The notes beneath the pieces were generated by a model. It searched no databases. It was given only the letters and a program-made list of their open reading frames with translations, and had not been told where the DNA came from. DNA of 64,000 bases from an uncultured Desulfospira sp. (GTDB taxonomy: Bacteria > Desulfobacterota > Desulfobacteria > Desulfobacterales > Desulfobacteraceae). The stretch's first letter is position 1, and the number at the start of each line of letters is the position of its first letter. Below are positions 1 to 11,787 of this stretch, one piece after another. Position numbers and translations under genes: made by a program. The stretch covers positions 192,001 through 256,000 of the forward strand of contig OY760175.1 in assembly GCA_963663165.1 (NCBI GenBank), written 5' to 3'.

Positions 1-356
1 TGGTCGATAAGGGATGAGGTTAATTCCCCAATGTCCATCTTAGTTCTAGATGTGACTGCTTTAAGCAAAATGGGGAGGTTGACTCCGGATATCACTTCAA
101 CTTTTCCCTCCTCGAGAAAAGAGTAACTTAAGTTTGACGGGGTTCCGCCAAACATATCCGTCAGTATAATTACGCCGTTGCCTGACTCTACCTTGGCAAT
201 GGACCGTTTAATCTTTTTTCTTAAATTGTCCGGATCTTCCTTGATGTCAATGGTCAAAGAAATCAAATCCTCGGGCTTATCCCCGAGTATGAGGCCGGCG
301 GTGTCTGTCAAGGACCTGCCAAGGTCTCCGTGGGTTACCAGTACAATTCCAATCAT
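1..356 (-). CDS. PTS mannose/fructose-type IIA component (runs off window start)
   Basis: Translated by hand from ATG 356: MIGIVLVTHGDLG...ILTDMFGGTPSN...ISGVNLP; ATGA overlap with the rapZ stop. Confidence 0.9.
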   Translation of the reverse strand, partial: MIGIVLVTHGDLGRSLTDTAGLILGDKPEDLISLTIDIKEDPDNLRKKIKRSIAKVESGNGVIILTDMFGGTPSNLSYSFLEEGKVEVISGVNLPILLKAVTSRTKMDIGELTSSLID

Positions 357-1234
357 TTTTCCTTGATGTCCCGGTCGATGTCTCTGTTGACGATTCCGGG
401 AGATAATCCTTTTTGGTTTAGGTGTTCAAAAATGGACCGGGCAATGGCCACGCTCCGGTGTCTGCCGCCGGTGCAGCCGACGGCTATGGTTAAATAGGCT
501 TTGTTTTCTTTTTTATACAGGGGAATCAGATAGTCAAGAAGGCTGGTGTATTTTTCTAGAAATGTCCGGGTTTCGGGGGCGGACAGGACGAAATCCTTCA
601 CGGCTTGTGAGTCTCCGTCAAGGGGTTTTAATTCTGGAATAAAATAGGGGTTGTTTAAGAATCTGACGTCGATGACCAGATCGGCATGGCTGGGAATCCC
701 ATACTTGAACCCAAAAGAAACCAGGTTCAGCTTCATGGGAAGGGCGTTCTGGTTGGGGCTGCCGATCAGGCTTAAAATATGCGCTTTGAGTTCATGGACG
801 TTAAGACCGGTGGTGTCGATAATATGGTCGGCGGCCTGGCGGACCGGTTCCATGGTTTTCTTTTCAAGCAGGATGCTGTCGATAAGGCCGCCTTCACGGC
901 TTAGGGGATGAAGCCGTCTGGTCTGGCTGTACCGGTTGACCAGGATGTCTTTGTCCGCCTCAAGAAAGATAATCCGGGGGCTGACGCCAAGGTCTTTCAT
1001 GGCCTTTATTCCGGGTGCAAAGTTTTGAATAAAGGATGTCAGCCGCATGTCCATGACAAAGGCGATTCCCTTGATATCTTCCCCTTGTTTGAGGGGCAGT
1101 TCAAGGAATTTGGGGGCAAGCTCCATGGGCATGTTGTCGATACAGCAAAAGGACGCATCTTCAAAGGCCTGGACAGCGGTGGTCTTTCCCGACCCGGAAA
1201 GGCCGGTAATGATATATAACTTTTTGGTTTTCAT
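353..1234 (-). CDS. rapZ: RNase adapter RapZ (P-loop NTPase)
   Basis: ITGLSGSGKT, SFGFKYG, DVRFL, GCTGGRHRSV; rpoN-operon context. Confidence 0.95.
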   Translation of the reverse strand: MKTKKLYIITGLSGSGKTTAVQAFEDASFCCIDNMPMELAPKFLELPLKQGEDIKGIAFVMDMRLTSFIQNFAPGIKAMKDLGVSPRIIFLEADKDILVNRYSQTRRLHPLSREGGLIDSILLEKKTMEPVRQAADHIIDTTGLNVHELKAHILSLIGSPNQNALPMKLNLVSFGFKYGIPSHADLVIDVRFLNNPYFIPELKPLDGDSQAVKDFVLSAPETRTFLEKYTSLLDYLIPLYKKENKAYLTIAVGCTGGRHRSVAIARSIFEHLNQKGLSPGIVNRDIDRDIKEK

Positions 1235-1693
1235 TCAGAATTCTTCATCCTGGGCCTGAATGATGTCGTATATGTCCTCGGCTGACTCGGCAAACCTCAG
1301 ACTGTGTTTAAATTCGTCTTTTTTGAGCAGTTTGGAAATCTGTGCCAGGACTTTTAAGTGGCCGCCCGAGGAGTTTTCGGGGGTGAGCAGCAAAAAAAAG
1401 ATGTGAACCGGTTTGTCGTCCAGGGAATCATATTCAACCCCTTTCCGGCTCAGCCCGAATCCGATGGCCACTTCTTTTACTGAATTGAGTTTGCCGTGGG
1501 GAATGGCAATGCCGCCGCCAATGCCGGTGCTGCCAAGTCCTTCCCGTTCCATTAATACCCTTGCAATATCCTTGGCCTCAGCGTTGGTCGTTTTTGAAAC
1601 CGCCAGGGAAAGTTCATTGATAATTCCGGGTTTGTCCGTGGATTTCAGGTCATCGATGATCGCGTCTTTGTATAGCAGTTCACTGATTTTCAT
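1235..1693 (-). CDS. ptsN: PTS IIA(Ntr)
   Basis: REGLGSTGIGGGIAIPH motif; context. Confidence 0.9.
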   Translation of the reverse strand: MKISELLYKDAIIDDLKSTDKPGIINELSLAVSKTTNAEAKDIARVLMEREGLGSTGIGGGIAIPHGKLNSVKEVAIGFGLSRKGVEYDSLDDKPVHIFFLLLTPENSSGGHLKVLAQISKLLKKDEFKHSLRFAESAEDIYDIIQAQDEEF

Positions 1694-1700
1694 AAGAGAA

Positions 1701-2243
1701 CTATCCCCTGGGCTGAATCAGCCTAAGCTTTCCGTTATTGTGTTTGTAAAGAACATTTAACTGTTCGGTCCTGGCATTGTTGAAAACAAAAAAAGGCGGG
1801 TTGTCTGAATTAAACCTGGCCACGGCATCGTCTATGTCCATAGGCTTTGTGTCGATTATTTCAACAATGAGGTCATCTGATCCCAAGTCATCTTCAAGCG
1901 CATATTCCGGGTCAAATTCAGTCTTTGCCGCTTTATACTGCTGCTTTTTCCCGGACAGGTGCTGCTTGACCTTTTCTTTGTTTTTTTTGATCTGGGCCCG
2001 GACCTTGTCCACAAGGGTATCAATGGATGAGTACATGTTTTCAGAGGCCTCTTTGGCATGAATATTCATCCGGTCACAGGTTAAGGTCAATTCGGCAATA
2101 TGCCGTATTTTTTCAACACTTAATACCACATGGGCCTCTCCGGGGCTGTCCAGCATCCGGTCAAACTTGTCCAGTTTTTTCTGGACATAAGCCTTTAAAG
2201 ACTCGGACGGGTCAATCTGTTTAAATGTCACCGTTGTCTGCAT
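1701..2243 (-). CDS. hpf: Ribosome hibernation factor (long HPF)
   Basis: HPF N-domain (MYSSID) plus C-domain KPMDIDDAV...NVLYK; directly after rpoN. Confidence 0.9.
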   Translation of the reverse strand: MQTTVTFKQIDPSESLKAYVQKKLDKFDRMLDSPGEAHVVLSVEKIRHIAELTLTCDRMNIHAKEASENMYSSIDTLVDKVRAQIKKNKEKVKQHLSGKKQQYKAAKTEFDPEYALEDDLGSDDLIVEIIDTKPMDIDDAVARFNSDNPPFFVFNNARTEQLNVLYKHNNGKLRLIQPRG

Positions 2244-2253
2244 ATCCGACCTC

Positions 2254-3702
<1,449 letters not shown>

Positions 3703-3703
3703 G

Positions 3704-4426
3704 TTATAATCTAAAATTATCTCCCAGATAGATTTTTTTGGCTATTTCGCTTGCAATAATCCGGTCCGGCGGGCCGGATTCAATCACCACGCCCTGGCTC
3801 ATGATATAAGCCTGGTTGCAGACCCCGAGGGTTTCCCTTACATTGTGATCGGAGATCAGCACCCCGATGCCTCGGCAGGTCAACTGAGTGATGATCTGCT
3901 GGATATCAATTACCGCCAGGGGATCAATGCCGGCAAATGGCTCATCAAGAAGGATAAACTTGGGGTCCGTGGCCAGCACCCTTGAAATCTCCAGACGCCG
4001 CCGTTCTCCTCCGGACAGGGACGAAGCTTTCTGGTCCGCGAGTTTGTGTATGCCAAGTTCTTTCATCAGGCCCTGGGCCTTCTCCTCTATATTGACGCCG
4101 TTTACGGGAAGCACTTCCAAAATAGCGGTAATGTTCTGGCGCACCGTGAGTTTCTTGAATATGGAAGATTCCTGGGGCAGGTAGCCAATCCCTTTTCTTG
4201 CCCTGATGTACATAGGGTCATGGGTGATGTCATCCCGGTCTAAAAAAACCTGTCCCTGGTCCGGCCGGATCAATCCGATGGTCATGTAGAAGGTGGTGGT
4301 TTTTCCCGCACCGTTGGGGCCTAAAAGTCCCGTCACATCACCTTGCTTGACAATAAGGTCCACATGGTCAACCACGGTTTTCCGGTTGTAAATTTTAACC
4401 AGGTTTTTAATTAAAAGTTCTGCCAT
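3704..4426 (-). CDS. lptB: LPS export ABC ATPase
   Basis: GPNGAGKTT, LSGGERRR, LLDEPFAGIDP, DHNVRETL. Confidence 0.97.
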   Translation of the reverse strand: MAELLIKNLVKIYNRKTVVDHVDLIVKQGDVTGLLGPNGAGKTTTFYMTIGLIRPDQGQVFLDRDDITHDPMYIRARKGIGYLPQESSIFKKLTVRQNITAILEVLPVNGVNIEEKAQGLMKELGIHKLADQKASSLSGGERRRLEISRVLATDPKFILLDEPFAGIDPLAVIDIQQIITQLTCRGIGVLISDHNVRETLGVCNQAYIMSQGVVIESGPPDRIIASEIAKKIYLGDNFRL

Positions 4427-4446
4427 GCCCCCTGTCGGGCTCCTGT

Positions 4447-5100
4447 TTATTTCTTTTTATCCTCAGGGTTATCCTCAGGATCAAAAAAAGCCTCTACACG
4501 GTTGGTGCCGCCACTTTCCACCATGGCCCTGCCGTCTTGTTTGAACAGGGTGATTTTCTTGCCGGTTATCCAGCTTTTACCGGTGAGCAGTCTTGGGGCG
4601 TTTCCCGTCATCACCAGAACTTCGTCGGCCGTGGTATAAACCATTTTGTCTGCAAACGCTTTACGCTCTCCTTCCGTATATTCAACATTGCCGGTGGAAA
4701 CAATTTTTTCGACATTGACCTGCCGGCCGTCCTTGTTTTGATCTGATGCTTGCTTAGGTTTCTGGTCCGAAGAATAAAAATATATCTTTATGGAATCCGC
4801 CAGAATAATGGATTCTTCCCGGGTTGCCCTGACATTGCCGATGAACTCCACCATGGATGAGTCCTGAAGGGCAATCATTTTATCTGAAGTGACATGAAGT
4901 TTTTTATCGGCCGCTTTAGGGGCTGTGTCAGAAGGCTTTTCAGTATCCGTTAAAGCCATTTTCCCCGGGTCTTTTTGTTCCAGGGCGGCATCGGGTTTTT
5001 TGACTTCGGGCTCAGCAGCAACATTTCCTGAAACAATCAAGGCGGCAAGAACCAACATGGTCACAAGGAGTGAAGCATTAAGGGATCTGAGAGGTTTCAC
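4447..5100 (-). CDS. lptA: LptA/OstA-family LPS transport protein
   Basis: Signal peptide, FIGNV/TGNV repeats; between lptC and lptB. Confidence 0.85.
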   Translation of the reverse strand: MKPLRSLNASLLVTMLVLAALIVSGNVAAEPEVKKPDAALEQKDPGKMALTDTEKPSDTAPKAADKKLHVTSDKMIALQDSSMVEFIGNVRATREESIILADSIKIYFYSSDQKPKQASDQNKDGRQVNVEKIVSTGNVEYTEGERKAFADKMVYTTADEVLVMTGNAPRLLTGKSWITGKKITLFKQDGRAMVESGGTNRVEAFFDPEDNPEDKKK

Positions 5101-5656
5101 TTAAATTTCCTTTGACATGTCCTTTTAATGTGATCTTATTTTCGTTTAAATCAACCGCCATGGAGTCGGCTGTAATGACCGATGCATGGTCTTCTACACG
5201 CACCTTTGTTTGGGAGCGTATTATATGTGTTTTTTTCTTATAATGCAACTTGTCAGTTTTCAGGACATAGTTTTCAAACCGGACAACAACATTCTTTAAA
5301 AATGTGATGTCATGGGTTTGGGTGTCTAAAATGCCCTGATCTGAATCCAGGTAAACCTTGCCGTTGTCTTTGGTGTAAAAAATGATGTTCACCTGTTCAA
5401 GTATGGCCTTGTTTTCCTCTTTTTTCAAGGTGGCACTGGCGGCTTTCAGCTGCCATTCCGTGATGCCGTTCTTTTTGGAGATCTGTTCAAGGGCATTGAG
5501 CTTAAAGGCGGCCTGGGAGTCAACGTGGATGTCCGTGAGCTTGGGCGGATCAATGCCTGTCCGGTTAATGAAAAAAAACAGGGCAAGGCCGGCAAACAAC
5601 AGAACCAGAAACCCGCTCAGGGATATGATCACCTTTTTTTTAAGGGCCTGGTTCAT
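5078..5656 (-). CDS. lptC: LPS export protein LptC (probable start ATG 5656)
   Basis: N-terminal TM, WQLKA, LKTDKLHY; start overlaps kdsC stop. Confidence 0.85.
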   Translation of the reverse strand: MNQALKKKVIISLSGFLVLLFAGLALFFFINRTGIDPPKLTDIHVDSQAAFKLNALEQISKKNGITEWQLKAASATLKKEENKAILEQVNIIFYTKDNGKVYLDSDQGILDTQTHDITFLKNVVVRFENYVLKTDKLHYKKKTHIIRSQTKVRVEDHASVITADSMAVDLNENKITLKGHVKGNLSETSQIP

Positions 5657-6168
5657 GCTAAAAACGGGGCAATGGTCTGATCCCACAGTCCCTGGGCCTT
5701 TAAAATGGCTTCACAGACCTCCCTGACTGCCCCGGATCCACCCCTGGCGCGGGTGACATAATGGGCCCGGGACTGGACCTCTTTGGGGGCATCCGGGACA
5801 CTGAGGGCCGTGCCGGCCCGGGTCATGGCGGGCAGGTCGATGAGGTCGTCTCCCATAAAGGCAATCTGTTCGGGCTTGAGCTTTGTCTTTTCGACAATTT
5901 CATCAAAGGCTTTGGCTTTGTCTCTGATGCCTTCAAAGACCAGGTCAATGTTCAGGTTTTTACACCGGTGGATCAGGGCTTCAGATGCCCGGCCCGTAAC
6001 AATGCCCACACCAATGCCGGCCTGCATCAAAAGCCGGATGCCGATGCCGTCACTTGAGCAAAAGCTTTTGATCTGTTCTCCTGAGTCGGCATAGGTGATG
6101 GTCCCGTCAGTGAGAACCCCGTCAACGTCCAGGAGAAGCAGTTTGATGGCTTTAAAACAGTCTGTCAT
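5653..6168 (-). CDS. kdsC: KDO-8-phosphate phosphatase
   Basis: HAD LLLDVDGVLTDG, MGDDLID, GGSGAVRE. Confidence 0.95.
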   Translation of the reverse strand: MTDCFKAIKLLLLDVDGVLTDGTITYADSGEQIKSFCSSDGIGIRLLMQAGIGVGIVTGRASEALIHRCKNLNIDLVFEGIRDKAKAFDEIVEKTKLKPEQIAFMGDDLIDLPAMTRAGTALSVPDAPKEVQSRAHYVTRARGGSGAVREVCEAILKAQGLWDQTIAPFLA

Positions 6169-6177
6169 GGCAGATCC

Positions 6178-6993
6178 TTAAATTTCACAAGCCTTTTTGA
6201 CGGCCAGAAGACAGCGCAGCAACGGTTCCATGTCCGTCAGGCGCATTGAGTTGGGCCCGTCACAAAGGGCTTTTTCCGGGTTGGGGTGGGTTTCAATAAA
6301 CAGGCCGTCGGCCCCTGCGGCCATGGCGGCCCGGGACAGGGTCGGGACAAACTTGCGTTCTCCGGCTGAGGAATCCATGGCCCCGCCCGGCAGCTGCACG
6401 CTGTGAGTGGCGTCAAACACCACGGGGATTCCCAGTTCCCTTAAGATATGGATGGACCTGAAATCGACCACCAGGTTGTTGTACCCGAAACTGCTGCCGC
6501 GCTCGGTAATACAGATGTCTTTTGCCCCTAAGGATTCAGCCTTTTTGATAATATTCCGGCACTCCATGGGGGATAAAAACTGGCCTTTTTTCACGTTTAC
6601 GGGTTTGCCGGTCTGAGCGGCAGCAAGGATGATGTCGGTCTGCCGGCACAAAAAGGCCGGGATTTGGAGCACATCAAGAACCGTGGCCGCTTCCTTGGCC
6701 TGATCCGGCAGATGGATATCTGAAATGACCGGAATGTGAAGCTCGGTTTTAATCCGGTCCAGGATGCCAAGGCCTTTTTCAAAGCCCGGTCCCCTGAACG
6801 ACTGGATGGATGTCCGGTTTGCCTTGTCAAAGGATGCCTTGAAGATGAACGGGATACCCAGCCGGCCCGTTATTTCTTTAAGGGTGCCGGCAATGTCGCA
6901 GGTCAGCTCATAGCTTTCAATTACGCAGGGGCCGGCCATCAGAAAAAAACGGGAACGGTCCGGTTCCACAAGGTCAAAGAAAAAATTTTTCAT
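6178..6993 (-). CDS. kdsA: KDO-8-phosphate synthase
   Basis: [28 protein letters not shown]. Confidence 0.97.
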   Translation of the reverse strand: MKNFFFDLVEPDRSRFFLMAGPCVIESYELTCDIAGTLKEITGRLGIPFIFKASFDKANRTSIQSFRGPGFEKGLGILDRIKTELHIPVISDIHLPDQAKEAATVLDVLQIPAFLCRQTDIILAAAQTGKPVNVKKGQFLSPMECRNIIKKAESLGAKDICITERGSSFGYNNLVVDFRSIHILRELGIPVVFDATHSVQLPGGAMDSSAGERKFVPTLSRAAMAAGADGLFIETHPNPEKALCDGPNSMRLTDMEPLLRCLLAVKKACEI

Positions 6994-7445
6994 AAACAGT
7001 CTTTGTTTAAACCATCCATAACGGTTGTAGAAATAGTGTCTGGCCGATTAATTATAGCCACAGACCTTAAAAGTCAACCCTGATCAACTGTCAAGGCAAG
7101 ATAATTGCATGTGAATTGTCCGCCGTTTGATGTCAGTTTGGAAAAGCAAACAGCTATGCCGCCTTGGTGATCTTTCCGGGAAAGGCTCACCGCAACCCAT
7201 GGACGCCATGGGGTCAGGAAATTCGAAGCCTTGACAGCCTTCAGTCCAAACCGCTTCAGCCGTTAGGAAAAAAAAATTAAACCGTGGCTTTGCGTCAAGA
7301 ATTCCTTGCCAAGTTGCCCCATTACTGGTATTTTTAATGGCATTTTGATTGAGAGGATCTAACCTCTTGAAAAATAAGCGTTATTGTAATTCTCAAAACA
7401 CAGAACCTGGCATCGGAAGCCAGGTTTGACATACGGGCAGCATCC

Positions 7446-8837
7446 ATGAAAAAAATTTTTCTGTTTTTGCTTTTTTTGGTTATCATTGTCCCCCTGGCAT
7501 GGGTTTTGACCTTTAAATATGAGGGGACAGCCCCCGATGTCACCGTTGACCTGCCCTCCATGTACCTTAAAAAATCATATGAGATGTCTTTTATGGCCAT
7601 GGATTCTGGGACCGGACTAAGGAACGTGACCTTGTCCATTATGCAGAAAGGGAACGAAAAAACGCTGCTGGATAGATCTTATCCGGCATCTTCCATATTA
7701 AGTCTCTTTTCAGACAACCGGGTCAGCCAGGAAGAATTTACCGTCCCCATAGAGGCAGAAAAATACGGGATGAGTGATGGCGAAGCCGTTATCCGGATCA
7801 GGGTCAGTGATTACGCCTGGAAATCCTGGAACAAGGGAAATGTCTATTATGCGGAAAAAAAGCTGATCATTGACTCTACGGCACCCAAAGTGCAAATTTT
7901 AAGCCACCAGCATAACATTACAAAAGGCGGGTCAGGCATAGTCATTTACCGGCTTTTTGAAGCAGATATCCAAAGCGGGGTAAAGGTCGACGATAATTAT
8001 TTCCCCGGCTATGCCGGATTGTTTGAGGACGACCATATTTATGCGGCCCTGTTTGCCTTGGATTATACCCAGGGACCGGGTACCAAAATCCGGGTGACGG
8101 CCCGGGATCCAGCCGGGAATATTGCCCAGAAAGGATTCCACCACTACATAAAAGACAAAAAATTTAAAACCGATATATTGAATATTCCGGACCAGTTTCT
8201 GGATACTAAAATGCCGGATTTCAGTGTCGAGGCGGCTTCAGGAGGGGAACGGCCCGGGGATAACCCCATGCTCAATAAATTTTTGGAGGTTAACCGGAAA
8301 CTTCGGGAGGCCAATGTCAAAAAAATTCTGGAAATTCCGGCGAACACGGTAAATGAAATGCTTTGGGAGGGCCGGTTCACCCGCCTTGCCGGGGCTGCCA
8401 ACCGGGCCGGGTTTGCCGACCAGCGCATTTACAAATATAAAGGCCGGGAAATTGACCGGGCGGTGCATATGGGCATTGACCTGGCGTCCACAGCCCATGC
8501 CCCGGTTGGCGCGGCCAACAACGGCCGGGTGATTTTTAGCGGAGATGTGGGGATTTTCGGCAATACCGTGATCATTGACCATGGGTTTGGGCTTTCAAGC
8601 CTTTATGCCCATTTGAGTGGCGTTAATGTGTCAGTTGACGATAAGGTTGCCAAAGGGGATATTATCGGCCAGACCGGTAAGACCGGCCTTGCCGGAGGGG
8701 ACCATCTTCATTTTTCCATAATCGTTCACAACGTATTTGTGACCCCGGTAGAATGGTGGGACAGTTCCTGGATTAAAAATAATATTACATCAAAGATTAA
8801 GGCGGCAGGCCCGTTGAAAAAGACTGAAGGTCGATGA
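7446..8837 (+). CDS. M23 family metallopeptidase, membrane-anchored
   Basis: HMGID, YAHLS, HLHF motifs; N-terminal TM. Confidence 0.9.
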   Translation: MKKIFLFLLFLVIIVPLAWVLTFKYEGTAPDVTVDLPSMYLKKSYEMSFMAMDSGTGLRNVTLSIMQKGNEKTLLDRSYPASSILSLFSDNRVSQEEFTVPIEAEKYGMSDGEAVIRIRVSDYAWKSWNKGNVYYAEKKLIIDSTAPKVQILSHQHNITKGGSGIVIYRLFEADIQSGVKVDDNYFPGYAGLFEDDHIYAALFALDYTQGPGTKIRVTARDPAGNIAQKGFHHYIKDKKFKTDILNIPDQFLDTKMPDFSVEAASGGERPGDNPMLNKFLEVNRKLREANVKKILEIPANTVNEMLWEGRFTRLAGAANRAGFADQRIYKYKGREIDRAVHMGIDLASTAHAPVGAANNGRVIFSGDVGIFGNTVIIDHGFGLSSLYAHLSGVNVSVDDKVAKGDIIGQTGKTGLAGGDHLHFSIIVHNVFVTPVEWWDSSWIKNNITSKIKAAGPLKKTEGR

Positions 8838-8911
8838 AAAAAAGGTGATGGAGTGAGTCCCTTCAGCCTAAACACCTTCAGCCTAATTCCCTAAATATGT
8901 AAAGGACAGGT

Positions 8912-10075
8912 ATGAGCGACCATACGGTTAACAAAACCTACGAACAGATAAATGAAAAGATCCGCCGGGGTGAGGCGGTTGTGGTTACGGCCGAAGAAGT
9001 GATCGGCATTGCAAAACAGGAGGGGATCGTCAAAGCGGCCCAGCAGGTGGATGTGGTCACCACCGGGACATTTGCCCCCATGTGCTCCTCAGGGGTATTT
9101 ATCAATATCGGCCAGTCCACGCCGGTGGTCCGGACCACCCAGACCTGGTTTAACGATGTGCCGGCGTATTCGGGCCTGGCGGCGGTGGACTGTTATCTTG
9201 GGGCAACCCAGACCCGGGAGGGGGATCCCCACAATGCCTTTCATCCCGGGGAGTTTAATTACGGCGGCGGCCATGTGATCCAGGATCTGGTGGCCGGCAA
9301 GAAAGTGGCGGTGAGGGCTTTAAGTTACGGGACAGACTGTTATCCCAACAGAAAAATTGAAAAGACCGTCACCCTCAAGGACCTGCCCAATGCCATCCTC
9401 TGCAGCCCCCGGAACGGGTATCAGAACTATAACTGCGCCATTAACCGCTCGGATAAAACCAAATATACCTACATGGGGACCTTGAAACCCCGGATGGGGA
9501 ACGCCAGCTACTCGACATCGGGTGCGCTCAGCCCCTTGTTAAATGACCCTTATTTGAAGACCATCGGCCTTGGAACCCGGATTTTCCTGGGCGGAGCCCA
9601 GGGGTATGTGACCTGGTCGGGAACCCAGCATAAAAGTAACGTGGAGCGAGGGGAAAACGGGGTTCCTTTAACCCCTGCCGGCACCCTGATGGTCACCGGG
9701 GATTTAAAACAAATGTCCCCGGAATGGCTGGTGGGCCAGTCTATCAGGGGGTACGGGGTTTCCCTTTCCGTAGGGCTTGGTATCCCCATCCCCATTTTAA
9801 ACGAAGAAATTTTAAAATATACGGCTGTTTCAGATGACGAGATTTTTACTCAGATCGTGGATTACGGGTTTGATTACACCGAGGGCATATCCAAGTCCTA
9901 TGGGCAGGTCAGTTATGGGGAGCTCAAAAGCGGCACCATCATGGTGCGCGGCCAGAAAGTGCCGACGGTTCCCTTGTCCAGCATGGTCAAGGCCAGAAAA
10001 ATAGCCCAGCTTCTGAAAACGGCCATTCAGCAGTCCAGGTTTTTTATCGGCCAGCCTCAGCACATGTTCACTTAA
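8912..10075 (+). CDS. Homocysteine biosynthesis protein (DUF39, aspartate-semialdehyde sulfurtransferase-like)
   Basis: VDVVTTGTFAPMCSSG, YGGGHVI, RNGYQNY, GLGIPIPILNE. Confidence 0.85.
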   Translation: MSDHTVNKTYEQINEKIRRGEAVVVTAEEVIGIAKQEGIVKAAQQVDVVTTGTFAPMCSSGVFINIGQSTPVVRTTQTWFNDVPAYSGLAAVDCYLGATQTREGDPHNAFHPGEFNYGGGHVIQDLVAGKKVAVRALSYGTDCYPNRKIEKTVTLKDLPNAILCSPRNGYQNYNCAINRSDKTKYTYMGTLKPRMGNASYSTSGALSPLLNDPYLKTIGLGTRIFLGGAQGYVTWSGTQHKSNVERGENGVPLTPAGTLMVTGDLKQMSPEWLVGQSIRGYGVSLSVGLGIPIPILNEEILKYTAVSDDEIFTQIVDYGFDYTEGISKSYGQVSYGELKSGTIMVRGQKVPTVPLSSMVKARKIAQLLKTAIQQSRFFIGQPQHMFT

Positions 10076-10123
10076 CCCCCCAACGGCCAGCGCTGGGGAA
10101 AATCCAAAAGGGTGTTACAATTC

Positions 10124-10753
10124 ATGGCGAAAGTTCAAGCAAAAAAGAAAAACCCATGGCGGGAGAATATTGAGGCAATTTTGATTGCCATTGTTATTGC
10201 CCTGTTTATCCGGACATTTATTGTCCAGGCATTTAAAATTCCTTCCGGCTCCATGCTGGAAACCCTCCAGATCGGTGATCAGATTCTGGTCAATAAATTT
10301 ATATATGGCGTTAAAATTCCGTTCACCGGCGGCAAAACCCTGATTCCGGTAAAAGACCCCGAAAGAGGGGATATCGTGGTATTTGTTTATCCCGAAGACC
10401 ACACCAAGGATTTTATCAAGCGCGTGGTTGCTGTGGCAGGGGATACGGTTGAGATTAAAAACAAACAGCTTTATGTAAATGATAAAAAAGTGGTCAATGA
10501 ACCCTATGCTGAACATAAAGACAACCGGGTCATCCCCGCAAACTTCAGCACCAGGGACAATATGGAAAAGAAAACCGTACCGGACCACAAGCTTTTTGTC
10601 ATGGGGGACAACCGGGACAACAGCCATGACTCCAGGTTCTGGGGATTTGTGGACCTGAATGCCGTAAAAGGGGAGGCCTTCATGATCTACTGGTCCTGGA
10701 ACAAGACAAGTTTTGGAGTCAGGTGGGGCAGGATCGGTACGTTATTGTTTTAG
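10124..10753 (+). CDS. lepB: Signal peptidase I (probable start 10124)
   Basis: IPSGSM, FIKRV, MGDNRDNSHDSR. Confidence 0.96.
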   Translation: MAKVQAKKKNPWRENIEAILIAIVIALFIRTFIVQAFKIPSGSMLETLQIGDQILVNKFIYGVKIPFTGGKTLIPVKDPERGDIVVFVYPEDHTKDFIKRVVAVAGDTVEIKNKQLYVNDKKVVNEPYAEHKDNRVIPANFSTRDNMEKKTVPDHKLFVMGDNRDNSHDSRFWGFVDLNAVKGEAFMIYWSWNKTSFGVRWGRIGTLLF

Positions 10754-10845
10754 TAAGCTGTTAGCCATTAGCCGTTGGCTTTTAGCTGACCATAACCAAT
10801 TTCCGTCTAGGACGGTCTTGTCGAGACGGTTTGAAGGAAATATTC

Positions 10846-11787
10846 ATGGTGTTTACCAAGAAAGATATTCTGGACATCAACTCCCTGGACCCGGAGGAAA
10901 TCAACCTGATTCTGGATACGGCCCAGGGAATGAAGGAAATTTCCAAAAGGCCGGTCAAAAAGGTCCCCACCCTTCGGGGAAAGACCATTGTCCTGTTTTT
11001 TCAGGAACCCTCCACCCGGACCAAGCTGTCCTTTGAAATTGCCGCCAAGCGACTGTCTGCGGACACGGTTTCCATTTCAACCTCATCTTCTTCCATTGTT
11101 AAAGGGGAAACCCTTGTGGATACGGCCCGGAACCTTGAATCCATGAACCCGGATATTATTGTCATCCGGCATTCATCCTCCGGGGCGGCCCAGCAGATAT
11201 CCCGAAGGGTGGCCTGTTCCGTGATCAATGCGGGAGACGGCACCCATGCCCATCCCTCCCAGGCCCTGCTGGACATGATGAGCATCCGTGAGAAAAAAGG
11301 CAAAATTGAGGGCTTAAAAATTTCCATTGTGGGGGACATTACCCATTCCCGGGTGGCCCGTTCCGATATCATTGGCCTTTCAAAGCTCGGCGCCCATGTG
11401 TCGGTCTGTGCGCCGGGAACCATGATCCCGCCGGGAATTGAAAATTTGGGGTGCCGGGTGTCTAAAACAATGGAATCCTGCGTGACCGGGGCTGATGTCA
11501 TCATAATGCTCAGAATCCAGAAGGAACGTCAGGAGAAAAATCTTTTCCCATCGGAAAGGGAGTATGCGGCCCTTTACGGGTTGAACCGGGGGCGGCTTGC
11601 CCTGGCCCATGAAAAGGTGGTGGTCATGCACCCGGGCCCCCTGAACCGCGGGGTTGAGATCTCAAGCGATGTGGCCGATTCGGGCTGCTCCATGATCCTT
11701 GAACAGGTCACCAACGGGGTAGCGCTCCGGATGGCCCTCTACTATCTTGTTGCAGGAGGAGGAACCCGTAATGAAGATGCTGATTAG
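10846..11787 (+). CDS. pyrB: Aspartate carbamoyltransferase catalytic subunit (probable start 10846)
   Basis: EPSTRT, HPSQALLD, MHPGPLNRG. Confidence 0.97.
   Translation: MVFTKKDILDINSLDPEEINLILDTAQGMKEISKRPVKKVPTLRGKTIVLFFQEPSTRTKLSFEIAAKRLSADTVSISTSSSSIVKGETLVDTARNLESMNPDIIVIRHSSSGAAQQISRRVACSVINAGDGTHAHPSQALLDMMSIREKKGKIEGLKISIVGDITHSRVARSDIIGLSKLGAHVSVCAPGTMIPPGIENLGCRVSKTMESCVTGADVIIMLRIQKERQEKNLFPSEREYAALYGLNRGRLALAHEKVVVMHPGPLNRGVEISSDVADSGCSMILEQVTNGVALRMALYYLVAGGGTRNEDAD

Noticed and set aside
7150..7270. SRP or 6S RNA
   Set aside because: Two hairpins are present but no SRP GGAA-loop domain or 6S long duplex; may be repeat-derived
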